DNA from: Octopus vulgaris
Taxonomy: Eukaryota
Direction: 5' to 3'
DNA: 64,000 nucleotides
Assembly (NCBI GenBank): GCA_951406725.2
Contig: OX597826.1
Span: forward strand, 35,836,001-35,900,000
Position 1 is the stretch's first letter. Each line of letters starts with the position of its first letter. Positions 40,259 to 52,150 of this stretch are shown here, piece after piece. The position numbers and the translations under genes are program-made. The notes under the pieces are model-generated. The model was not told the DNA's origin and searched no databases. It saw only the letters and a list, made by a program, of their open reading frames with translations.

Positions 40259-40911
40259 GATATTTCCCAAATGGTGTACATTGAGGAAATCTCTTTTATC
40301 TAACAGAGACATAAAAAGTGGGTATTTGTTAATGATATTGTTGCATTTTGTAGGTTGTGGCTGATGTGTGGCAGTGACGGGTTGAATTGGTGAATGAAAA
40401 TGGGATTTCTTGGGCTGCAGGAAGAAGTAAATGAACAACAACCACAAATTTTTAATGGAAGAGTTTATCATTGCACCCAAAGTCAAACTGCATTGGTCTT
40501 TTACAAATACCAGCAACAATAATTACATCCTGTGAGAGAGATGAAGCATGGAGTTTACAGCAAGAGATTGATAGAGCAGCATGCGTCTTATCCAACATAA
40601 CAGGAAACAATGGTGCCATATTCGTGGTGATGGAGGTTCCTGTCATTTATAGGTACATTTGTCTTAGCCATCTTCTTGGGTTGTCTGACTGCTAAAAATG
40701 CACACCAAACGGTTTTTATAGGGGACCAGGAGTCAAATTCTAGAATGTTTGAGAAGACCTGTCCATACCATCACTTCATGCTAATTAGTCAATAGTCAAA
40801 CCACATGACACTGTGGAGGTTTGCTCATGGTGTCTGACAAGGGATTCTAGGGATTTGGTTTCAAATCCCTACTACAATAATGTGTGCATATGTACAAGGC
40901 AGTGGGGATAT

Positions 40912-41218
40912 TTCTGTGCCGGTGGCACATAAAAAGTACCATCCGAGCGTGACCAATGCCAGTGCCGCCTTGACTGGCTTCCTTGCCGGTGGCACGTTAA
41001 AAGCACCAACCAATCGTGGCCACTGCCAGACTCCCCTGGCACCTGTGCCGGTGGAACGTAAAAAGCACCCACTACACTCACGGAGTGGTTGGCGTTAGGA
41101 AGGGCATCCAGCTGTAGAAACACTGCCAGATCAGACTGGAGCCTGGTGCAGCCTCCTGGCTTCCCAGACCCCAGTCGAACCGTCCAACCCATGCTAGCGC
41201 AGAAAACGGATGTTAAAC

Positions 41219-41257
<39 letters not shown>
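40912..41257 (+). mobile_element. SINE family C with internal tgccggtggcacgtaaaaagcacc repeats and (GAT)n tail
   Basis: Three internal units, then ggttggcgttaggaagggcatccagc...gttaaacgatgatgat. Confidence 0.85.
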
Positions 41258-41279
41258 ATATATATATATATATATATAT

Positions 41280-41482
41280 CCTTTTCTCAACCAGTTTCCA
41301 TGATTGACTGCTAAATCCACAAGTTTCTTTTATTCTCTCTCTGTTTATTTCTTCCTGTTCATTTCTGTTGAAAAGCTTAGGCTTGAAATGTAAACAACTT
41401 TCTCACCTTCCCGAGTGTCAAACTAATACACATACTTGTTATTTATACACCTGTCTTCACCTTTTGTTTCTCTGTAAATTTC

Positions 41483-41487
<5 letters not shown>
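41280..41487 (+). mobile_element. Penelope-like terminal fragment with degenerate minimal hammerhead, within (TA)n
   Basis: tttctgttgaaaagcttaggcttgaaatgtaaa resembles CTGN2GAAGAGC..GCTCGAAACGTA; related to 1490-1640 and 54955-55390. Confidence 0.5.
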
Positions 41488-41513
<26 letters not shown>

Positions 41514-41516
<3 letters not shown>

Positions 41517-42525
41517 GGGTTATGCAAAATAATGGAAATACCTACCACCATAGCATAATTCTGAAATATCTATAAAACCGTCAAAAGCTTGTTTATTTTT
41601 ATGTTTTTTGATTTATTATTAGTGTTGCTTAATATGTTTTGCTAAAATTGCAAATTGTTAGAAAGAATCACAAAAGTACAGCTCCCAAAATTACTGCAGA
41701 GATTAATGACTACTTCGAGAACCCAGTTTCCACAAAACTGTTTGCCGGGAGCTGCACAAAGCCAGATTTTACTGGAAGGTTGCAATCAGAAAACTACTAC
41801 ATTCAAAAACAAATGTCGCAAAGCATTTAGAGTGGAGTAAAAAACCTACAGAATTGGTTCCTAGAGCAATGGAAGAATGTTATTTTCTCAAACAATTCAT
41901 CCTTTACCCTATTGCCAACAACTGGCAGAATATACGTGTGGAGACAGCCAAAAGAAGCATTTGACCCAGACTGCCTTCTTCCAACTGTTAAACATGGAGG
42001 AGGATCTTTGATAATTGGGGCAGGCAGGGTCTATATTTTGGAAATCCACTGGCCCAATGGTTTCCCTTTATGGCAGAATTAACAGTCAAGACTATACATT
42101 TTATCTGATCAAATTCATCCTATTGTTGTGGAACTGTTTCTGGAGGGAAACACAATCTTTCAGGATGATAATGCACCAATTCGCACAGCTAAAGTTGTTA
42201 TGGAATGGCATGAGGAACATTCTAGTAAAGTTGAACATCTTATCTGGCCACCACAGTCCCCAGATCTCAATATTATTGAACATTTATAGTGCATTTTAGA
42301 AAAACAAGTAAGGAGTCGATATCCTCCACCATCATCACTACAACAACTGGAGGCTGTTTTAGCTGAAGAATGGACAAAATTCCTTTGGAAACAATTCAAA
42401 CTTTGTATGAGTTTTAATACCTCACAGAATTCAAACTGTAATTACTGCCAAAGGCTGTCCTACCCCATATTAAAATAAATTTGTTTGAAATTTTAAGGTG
42501 TTTCCATTATTTTGCCCAAGCCCTG
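41514..42525 (+). mobile_element. Tc1-like DNA transposon (DD36E spacing), internally deleted
   Basis: TA-flanked ~28-bp TIRs CAGGG...GCAAAATAATGGAAA; fragments WKNVIFS, PTVKHGGGS, FQDDNAP...WPPQSPDLNIIEHL. Confidence 0.88.
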
Positions 42526-43775
42526 TATATACACACACATATGAAAGTAAAACAACTGTATTTATGTGATAAAAAGAGCCAAGCCAGTTATTTGCTATGG
42601 TAATATTAGCGATTCCTGAAACAAACCATGATACTGGAAGTAATTCCATGAAAGATTGCAAATGAAATTTACCGAAATACTCCATGCCATTTTTTTACAT
42701 ATTAGCAATGGCAAGTCCCAAAGTCTTAGAAACTGCTTAGGAAAAAACCCCACAGTTCATTCTTAGATTGGGTTCTATGGTCCATACACAAACAAAAAAG
42801 ATGACTGCTGCTACTACTGCCACTGCTGCTAATTCTGTTGCTGCTGCTGCTACTACAATTACTATATGCTGAAAAATGTTTAATACCTGCATGATTACTC
42901 ATGCCAACACAAAAGCACATACCATTATTATCATTCTCATTACCCTCCTCCTCCTCCTCCTTCTGATTATCATCATCATTGGTGAATCCATTTTTCCATG
43001 TTAGCATCGATTGATTAGGATTTTGGTCACCTCTTCCAGAACGCATTCATATGGTGCACCTATTCTAAAAACTAAGATATACAGTATTGAACATTATAAG
43101 CAAACCGATTCTGTTTCAACACATGCTGTCAATGTAATCCCAATAGTGTGAATCTGTAAACAAAATAATCAAAATTGCCGCATTCATTTGTTTAAAGCAT
43201 GATATTGAGACTTCTAGAATGTTGGCATTAACAAGAATGCAAACTTGTTTTTAGGTCAAGTATGTTTGAAACATATTCAAACCTGTAAGAAAGTCATTCA
43301 CGTTATTTTGACATAGGAGAAAATTTCTTGGTGTCACCTAAACAGACTGTGGGCTGCATGCATCTCAGCATGGTTATCTCCTCTTCAGCAGCAGACACCA
43401 GAAAGGCAGACGCAAGAATATTTCCACAGCCTACAGAGATCACAGGACAAGGGTCACTCTCCAATTTTACTTCTTGATTTGATTAAAAAGCATTGACATA
43501 TTCTATATATTCTATAAGACAATTATTAGAATTTGAGTACTTGTTATTAATCAGAATACGTAATATGTGAGAAAAACTTTGTTTGATTTAATTATTTCCA
43601 ATGTTCAGCTATTTTTATCTCATTATATAATAGCTGTTTCTTAGTACCCTAGTCTTTAGTTACATTAAAGCTGTTATTATACACAAAATGTAACAACAAA
43701 GGATGTCAGTGACCGAGAGGAGCTATTATATATGCTGCTGTGAAACTAGAAGTACACGAGAAACAGAATACATAT

Positions 43776-43827
<52 letters not shown>

Positions 43828-44084
43828 TGAGTGTGTGTGTATGCATATTATTTTGCAAGGGAAAATGCAACAGTAAACATATAATGAATGCTTTACTTTT
43901 AGTAATGTATTGAGTAATCCTTCAATTAGGATTTGACATATATATATATAACTAAATTTAAACACACACACACAAATAGAGTAAGAGAGAGAAAGAGAGA
44001 GATACATTATTTGTGTACACATGCAAGTTTGTCATAGCAGTTCATGTGTGTGGAGGGAGGGTGAGTGTGTGTTTATTTGGCATT

Positions 44085-45105
44085 GATAATGATGGTGGTG
44101 ATGATGATGATGACTAGAAGTCAGTGGCTATTGACAGTCAAGGTGATTTATATGGCAGAGATAATAAATTTGATAATGATTATATTGGGGGGACAGGGTG
44201 GGGAGGTGTTGATGCAAATGACAGAGTTGACAACTATGACATTGATTATTACAGTGGGACGACAAGGAAATGACGAACAGTAATTATTCTGATAACGAGG
44301 GTTGTGATCCACCCATGATGACGATGATGATGGTGGTGGTGTGGAGAGGGGTAATGATGATGGTAGTGGTGATGATGGTTGTAGTGATGATGATGATCAT
44401 TATCATCATGGAGATGATGATGATAATAATGATGATGATGATGTTGTTGGTAATAATGATGACAGTGATGATGATGATGGTGAAAAGTTTAAAAGCAATT
44501 ATTTTTATGATCAGGATGCTGATATGGGATTGGTGATGGGGAAAGATGATGATGATGATGATGAATAGTCTTGTTAAAGTATTGGTCATATTCACTGTAA
44601 ATGTGTTTAAATGAAAGATCAATGTAACACCATTAACATTTGATTGATTAATTGGTCAATTTGGTGACCTTTAACCTCTTATAGGTCATTAGGAATGTTC
44701 TAATGAGATGCTTCTAACATCTACAGCTACAGGCGGCTGCAGACCAATTCCTTGAGTTGGGGATTTATTGCCAACATCTGGATATTTTTCAAGAAAGCAA
44801 CAATTGAGGAAAAAGAATTTTCATGATCATCATCATCGTCAATATTATTGTCATTATCATCATCACCATCACCAACATCACAACTACCACCACCACCACC
44901 ATGACAACTACGCCCCCCCCAGAGACTATCATCATCATCAGCATTGTCACCATCAACAGCAGCAGCAGCAGTGACACCACCACCACGAAATACCATTGCA
45001 ATCACCACCATCACCATCTTCATCATCACCATCTTCATCATCATCATCATTATTGTCAATAGCACTGCTGCTACCACCACCCACAACTCTACCACCTGCA
45101 CTTAC

Positions 45106-45136
<31 letters not shown>

Positions 45137-45140
45137 AATA
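44085..45140. repeat. (GAT)n/(CAT)n/(CAC)n low-complexity tracts
   Basis: Direct inspection. Confidence 0.85.
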
Positions 45141-45904
45141 CATTCACTTTTCCCTAGTGGATGTGTCCTGACACTCTCAGAGACAATTTTGGTTCAAGCT
45201 TTTTCATTCCCAGATGGGTCACAGACCACATCTTACATGTGTATTCCATTTTTTGGCATCTTTCCCTGAGCATGATGATGGATGTCCTTCCTATTAGCAA
45301 CCATTACACGGATTGTTATGGCTACATTTCATCTTGCTACCAACTCAAGTCTTCCCCCCTTGGTGGACATAAAAGCTTCTCTCTAATCTGTGTCAAGTCC
45401 ATTAGCTCACTGGCAGGAGAGAAATTGACCCTGACATCATTAAAGAGAGATCCTCTGCCTTGCCATTTTCCATTAATTTGTTCCTTTTTCTCCTCACAAA
45501 TGTTTGCATAGAAAAAGAAATTAATGGATGGAATTGGAAAACCAATGGCGAAAGTGAATGAAGAGGCGAAAAGCATTTCATGTAAAAATGTTCAAAATAA
45601 TTTGGTGAATTAAATAAAATCCAAAATCTGATCATGTTGACAGCATGTGCATTAATAAAAGCTAACCCCAAGTTAATTTGCTATGAGCATTGAAAACGCC
45701 AGTATTTTCTACACCTGTCCTTCTTTAGAAGTTAAAAATTGTGGCCAGTATTGAGGTTCCTAGGAAAGAAATGAGATAGAATGGGGGAAAGTGGGAAGAA
45801 AGGACAGGGAAAGGAGAGTGGGAAGTGATTTAGGTAGAGGTATGAGTGGGGTGGAATGAGGAAAGATAGTCATAGGTCCTTTATTAGTAGGATTAGTTTA
45901 TTTA

Positions 45905-46165
45905 AACAGCTTGGTCTGTTTGCAGCTGGAGCAGTCCAGTTAGCAACAGGATCCAGTCAGTTAGCAACAGGATCTGGTCGGTTAGTGACAAAGTCCAGCA
46001 ACAGTTAGAAGCTCGATTATTTAATAGTAAGACTAGATTAGTCAGTGAGAGGATTAGGCCAATTAGCAACAAATCCAAGTCAGTTTGCAATTGGATTGAA
46101 CGCAACAGCAAAGCCGTGTGGTTAGCAAGTAAACCCAACCAACTTATGACAAGATTAGGTTTGAT
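45905..46165. repeat. Degenerate 21-bp-period minisatellite
   Basis: Units such as cagttagcaacaggatccagt and cagttagcaacaggatctggt. Confidence 0.6.
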
Positions 46166-47389
46166 AGTTTGAATAAATATGAAAGAACTGTTTATGGATG
46201 ACTTAAGCAATGTTTCTCAATTAGTTATCAATGACCTGTGATAATTCCAGTGAGAGTCACCTGACTGAGGATGTGATCCTCCTATTGTGCACTGAGATGA
46301 GAATTGAGGAAAGCAATTATCTGTTGATGCTAGTCACATGTGTCCTTGCTCTAGCGGTGATAGATCCAACCGGTATTTTGAAGAAGGATTTCATCAACAA
46401 CATTGAAATAAAGATAGTTGAAATGATGGTCAAAGTGACCACCCATTCATAGTTGTTGTGCTAAATTGATTTCCACTGTTGTCCAGGGTAAAGGTGCTGG
46501 GTAGAAGAATAGATTAATCACAAAAAATTAATAAATAAAAATTATTCCTTGATATTGGGATAAATAAGTCCTGTAATTTCAGAATTAATATTAGAGTTAG
46601 AAACAGTGATCTAAGATGGTGATAATCATATTTTTACTAAATTCCTATTGAAGATTTGTCTAAAATACATCTTAATACAAAAAAACTAATTTTATGATTT
46701 CTAATCTTCCCACATTTCAACATTTTTCATCACTTATCGAAAATTTTTCTAAATGATAAAAAAAATGTGAATTAAATGTTTATCTTGTTTATTTCTGGGA
46801 TAAGCAGAACTTCGTTAGACTTTTCTTGATCAGAGGTAAATATTAATCGTTAATGAAAACTCTGGAGTTTTACTGATATGAATTTTGCTTGTAAATATTC
46901 ACCCGTCCATCCAATCTTATTTATAGGAATTTCCTTTCACTCACCAATCTCTTTAGATACCAGACTTGTATTTCAGTTTATCTTGACATCAAAAGATTTG
47001 GGTTTGTTCAATTATTTTTCCCAGATTTCATCAGAAGTTGTTAGTCTTGCTTAGTTTTCTAAAACACATCTTCAGTCTTAACACCAAAACTCTAATCAGG
47101 ACTGAGGTTTTTTACTGTATCACTCCCATCTTTCATGTTTCCTTTTTTCTTCACCAAATTTTGATCATAAACTTTATATAAAATAATGCAACAAGAACTA
47201 GAACAAAATGCCATTTAGATAAACTTTCTTTCAAAATACCATTTCTATCCAAAATACAATCATTTTTCTAAATGCTACATACACAATCCTTCTCTATCCA
47301 AACATTTCATTTTCTTTGCTATATCTTAGGCAAACTCTGACCCTACAGCATCATTTTTGGCTTGTGTCTCATCTTTTCTTATTCCTCTC

Positions 47390-47555
47390 TCTTTGGCAGA
47401 ACCATCAGCATGTTTAGCAGAATGACTTTGGGATCTGTATGTTTTGAGTTCAAATTCTGTCATGGTTGACTTTGCCTTTTGCCATTTCAGGGTTGATAAA
47501 ATAAGTACCAGTTGAAAACTGGGGTCACTCTAATTAACGTATCCCCTCCCTCAAG
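47390..47555 (+). mobile_element. tRNA-derived SINE family A, degenerate
   Basis: gagttcaaattctg...gactttgcctttt..ggttgataaaataagtaccagt. Confidence 0.7.
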
Positions 47556-47805
47556 GGGATTAGCCAATATCATATAATAGTTGTAAATGAGTGTCATTGT
47601 TACACAAGCAGTGTCATTTATTTCCAGTATTCTTCAGAAAGAAACCTGGCTATGAGAAAATCTTACCATCTTTGGAAACAGATGAGTGTTGGCTACAGGA
47701 AGAGTATCCAACCAGAGAAAATCTGCCTCCCTAAAACTCATCCGACCCATGCATCCATGGAATGGTGGATGTAAAAATGATGATGATTGCAAGGATATCC
47801 TTCAT

Positions 47806-48237
47806 ATTTTACTTGTTTCACTCATTAGACTGGCCATGCTGGAGCAGCACTGCCTTGCAGGATTTTTAGTTGAATGAATCAACCCCAGTACTTAATTTGT
47901 TTTGAGCCTGAGACTTGTTCTGTTAGTAACTTTTGACAAACTGCTAAGTTACAGGGATGTAAACACACCAACACCAGTTGTTATGGTGCATGACAAATGC
48001 AAGCGCAAAGACACACCAACACACACACACACACACATACATATATATGTATATATATATATATATATAAATATGACAAGCTTCTTTTAGTTTCCATCTA
48101 CCAAATCTAGTCACAAGGCTTTGGTTGGCACCAGGCTATAGTAGAAGACACTTGCTCAATGTGCCTTGCAGTGGAACTGAACCCAGAGCTACATGGTTGG
48201 GGAGCAAACTTCTTACCACACAGCCACAGCTGCACCT
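47806..48237 (-). mobile_element. tRNA-derived SINE family B, full length
   Basis: Collinear with 36466-36849. Confidence 0.85.
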
Positions 48238-48386
48238 TGTCCTTTGTTTTGTGAGCTGGTTTCTGGTTTCTCTCATGATGTAGAAGTGCAAGTCACAGTA
48301 AAAGTACAAAGTGTATAGTACAAGGTGTTATACTGAGCACGGAAGTACGTGGAGGAAGTGTTATTGTATTTAGACAATATAAAGAG

Positions 48387-48610
48387 AAGGCAGTGAGCTG
48401 GCAGAAGCATTAGCATGCTGGGCAAAATGCTTAGTGGTATTTCGTCTGTCTTTATGTTCTGAGTTCAAATTCCACCGAGGTCGACTTTGCTTTTCATCCT
48501 TTCGGGGTCGATAAATTAAGTACCAGTTACATACTGGGGGTCGATCTAATTGACTGGCCCCCCACCTCTCACCGGAATGTTGGGCCTTGTGCCTAGAGTG
48601 GAAAAGAATA
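48387..48610 (+). mobile_element. tRNA-derived SINE family A, full length
   Basis: Near-consensus copy including cttttcatcctttcggggtcgataaattaagtaccag. Confidence 0.88.
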
Positions 48611-49025
48611 TAAATAGAAAGTATAACAGGAGTAACTGTACCATTTTATGGAATGATTCACCACCAATAAGAGAAAGAGAGGCAGAAAGAAAAAGATGAG
48701 GTTTAGTCTACCCTCTCCCCCCCTCCACACCCACCACCGCCGATATACTGTATCCTGAGCAATAAATCATGTCTGCTGTTGCATTAAATCACTTGGCAAA
48801 AAATTAAAAGTTTTCGTAACAAAACTCTATCAACATCTAAATTCTTATGTTCTTGCTATATTATTTGCTATTAATTTTATGATTATAAGTTGTTAATCAG
48901 AAGTTATTGTTTGTTAATAAGTAGGAGTAATTGATTTTTTAAATTTAGTATCTCGTTACATACATCATCTACTTTCTGTTTATATGTTCATTTGTAAGGT
49001 TTCTTTCTTTCTTTCTTTCTTTCTG

Positions 49026-49060
<35 letters not shown>

Positions 49061-50199
49061 ATTTTTTTCTGATATTGTCAGTGTTTATTTCAGTAAAAGT
49101 AATTTTAGTTCCGTGGTTTTTTACTTTTTTTTCTTTTTTTTCTTTTTTTTCTTTTTAAAAAAAAAAACAAAGCATAAAGTACCACTCTTTACCTCAAAAT
49201 TCTCTTCAGTGCTGGTTTTCACTTTTAGCAAGCAAGAAAGATGACCTAGATGGTATTTTTCTGCAGTTCTTGTTGCATTCTTTTTATATAAAGTTTATTA
49301 TCAAAAATTAATAAACAGACGTAAAATTTCTCTGTTTATAATTAATATCTCCTTACACATATCGTCTAGTTTTTGTTTATTCAATTTTAATAGTTCTTAT
49401 TCTTTATTAAAGAAATATTCTTACTGTTTGCTTTCATATTCTCTTCAATGTAAATATTTGTAACTTAGTCTTGACTTTTATGAAGAAACTCCTACCAACC
49501 GACATTCTCTGGGCCTGATTCCTCACAGCCTATACCACACTTTTCGCATCTCTTATTCACTGCAACCATACAAAGGAAAGATCTGGGCGAAGGCAGTGGG
49601 GGTTGGCATAGGGAAAAGGAAGTTGGTCAAAGAGTATGAAACTTAGTGGTATGTGATGTAAAGTCTTCAACTATTTAACTGCTAATTGCAAGGCAAACAG
49701 GCAAACAAGTTTCCAGTTACCGAGTAAAGGGGCAGATAAATGAGGAAAACAAGTAGAAGAAGGGAAAGTGTCACATAAACTGGAGAAAACAAGACATGCT
49801 GCAAAGTGACAACAGGAAACAGAAGGAAGTTAAGAAAGTTTCGATACTAATAACTAGAAGAAAACAAAATAAAATATTTAAAAAATCAACGTCAAGGCTT
49901 GGAAATGAAATAAGAAAACCTCAAAAAGTGTAAAATGAAAATGCTGAAGAAGAAGAATAAAAGAAGTTTAATTAATAAAGATAAATACAGGTTTCATATT
50001 TGCACCTGAAATTGAAGAACATAGCATCAAAACAAGACAAGAAATGCAAATACAAGAGAAACACAAAAGTTTGAAATAATTAAATCAGCAAAACTTTTGG
50101 AAAAGAAAATTTATTGTTATTTAAGTGAGTCTAAGAATATCGCTTGTAATACCAAACATTTCTAATAAGAGAATCCCTTGCATGTTAAGTTCAATAATG

Positions 50200-51815
50200 T
50201 TGAAATGAATATGAAATCATTGCCTTACCAAAGAGAAACACTACCAAATATTTGCAATATAATAAACAACTTAAGGTACTTTAATTACAGATATTTCAAA
50301 GACAGTATTAGATCTTATAAACTGGTATTTTCCCCTGCTTCTCTGAAAGTTCAGATATTTCAGGAATCAGGTCATGGGTAAAATTGTTATCACATTCATA
50401 AATAAATCTTTCATCCTACAAGCAATATGTGCATCCAGCTTGGGGAATATCACAATTTACCAAACATTACATGGTTGATTCCAAAACGGTTATCACTGAT
50501 ATTGGCACTAATTAAATTTCAGAATTAGAATAATGAAAGATATATTCTTCAAAATATGACTACACTAGATCAGATCAGCAGAGTAAACACTTGTGATTTC
50601 ATTTATAAATTGACAGGAGAATGAAAGAAATATTCCTATGATAGGAGTGAATAAGGTATTCAAAATATCCCAATATGATAATTTCTCTGCTGAAAATGGG
50701 TTTTAGTGATATTAATGGTGAATACTTCATTTTGTGGATGTGGCTTACATTTTTTTCATCTAATTCAATAAACTCCTCTCGTTAATTGAAATATGCTAAT
50801 CTTAAATCTTGATCCCAGGATGGCAACCAAGAATGAGCAATAATCCTGAATTGATTAAGAACCATAAACTGATCAACCCATTTTAGTAGGTCATGACATT
50901 AATTTGTTCAAACCACAGGGAAAGAAGATTCTGATCCTTTTCAGTATGGACAGAAAATCTTTTCCAAAATGGTTTGCCGACTCTCATCTTCAAGTTGAGA
51001 CAAATAATTTGAATTATGTAAGATATTCGCAATGCCATGTCAGAGCTTAACATTTGCAAAGACTTACAAATCATCTAATTACTGTTGCTAGTTGTGACAT
51101 ACACTTATTTTGCCATAAATATTCTAAAGATCTCCAAGGAACATGTGAAAATGCTTCCTTGATGCTATGACTATTATAAGAAAATTTGGAAAGATAGATT
51201 TATTTACTAGCATGATTCAATCCTTCTTCAGTTGAAATCAGAGATAATCTTTTTCTTCGAAAATTCCCTTCAGACAGACTAGATATTGTAGTAAGGGTGT
51301 TTAAGATAAAATTGACGTATTTATTGAGCAATAAACCGAACAATAATATTTGGGGAAATGCTAGGTCATATTGCTACCCTATCAAATTCCAGAAACCAGG
51401 ATTACCTCATACTTGTATTCTCATAATTTTAGATGAAGTAAATAAATTTAATGACCCAGGTAAAGTAGACAAAGCAGTGAGCAGAGAAATACCCTAAACT
51501 ATACACTGAGTAAACACATGAGGAAACTATTAAGAAATGCATGATTCACGCTCCCCTTGGCAATCTAAATCATGATGTGCCATGCATGGAGAATAATAAA
51601 TGTAGCAAAGACTTCTCTAAGGAATTCAGAAGCATGCTTAAGCAAATTTTGATGGATATTCAATGCATGGAAGATGACCAAATAGCTCTGTGCAAATTGG
51701 CAATAATAGAGTGGATAGCAGATATGTTATTCCTCACAGAAACTATCTCATCTCCATGTTTAAATGCCATATAAATGTAACAGTAGGTTCTTCAATGAAA
51801 TCAGGTAAATATGGC

Positions 51816-51850
<35 letters not shown>

Positions 51851-52150
51851 AAGGGTGGTTCTGATTTCTTGAATGTTCAAATTGATGGAACTAATAACAT
51901 CTAAAGAATTGTTCATGATGAAGGTTTGTGATACATAACTGCAAGATACACTAGTTTTTGTGAAGGAGCCTGTTTTCTCTTAGAATAAAATGTGCAGGAG
52001 AAATAACACTCATTTGTAAGGATGATAGTTTATTCAGGAAAATAACAGAGTATGTTTTTCACTGAAGCAAATGAAAGGCAAATTTTAGAAGCTGCTAATT
52101 GAAAAAAAAAATCCACATTGAAGGCATGGTTCTTCTGGGATCAACAAGAG
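50200..52150 (+). pseudogene. Helitron Rep (HUH endonuclease) pseudogene remnant
   Basis: Fragments FKDSIRSY, DRLDIVVRVFKIKL, IKFQKPGLPHTCIL (cf. IEFQKRGLPHAHIL), MIHAPLG...PCMENNKCSK and CHINV...KY..Y(TA)nKG. Confidence 0.85.

Noticed and set aside
40380-40860. Complex sequence with short ORFs on both strands
   Set aside because: No recognisable domain; probably a decayed element, left unannotated.
43330-43480. GC-richer island with an open minus-strand frame and acceptor-like ctctgtag
   Set aside because: Peptide not recognised and the donor is weak; cannot be supported as an exon without RNA-seq.
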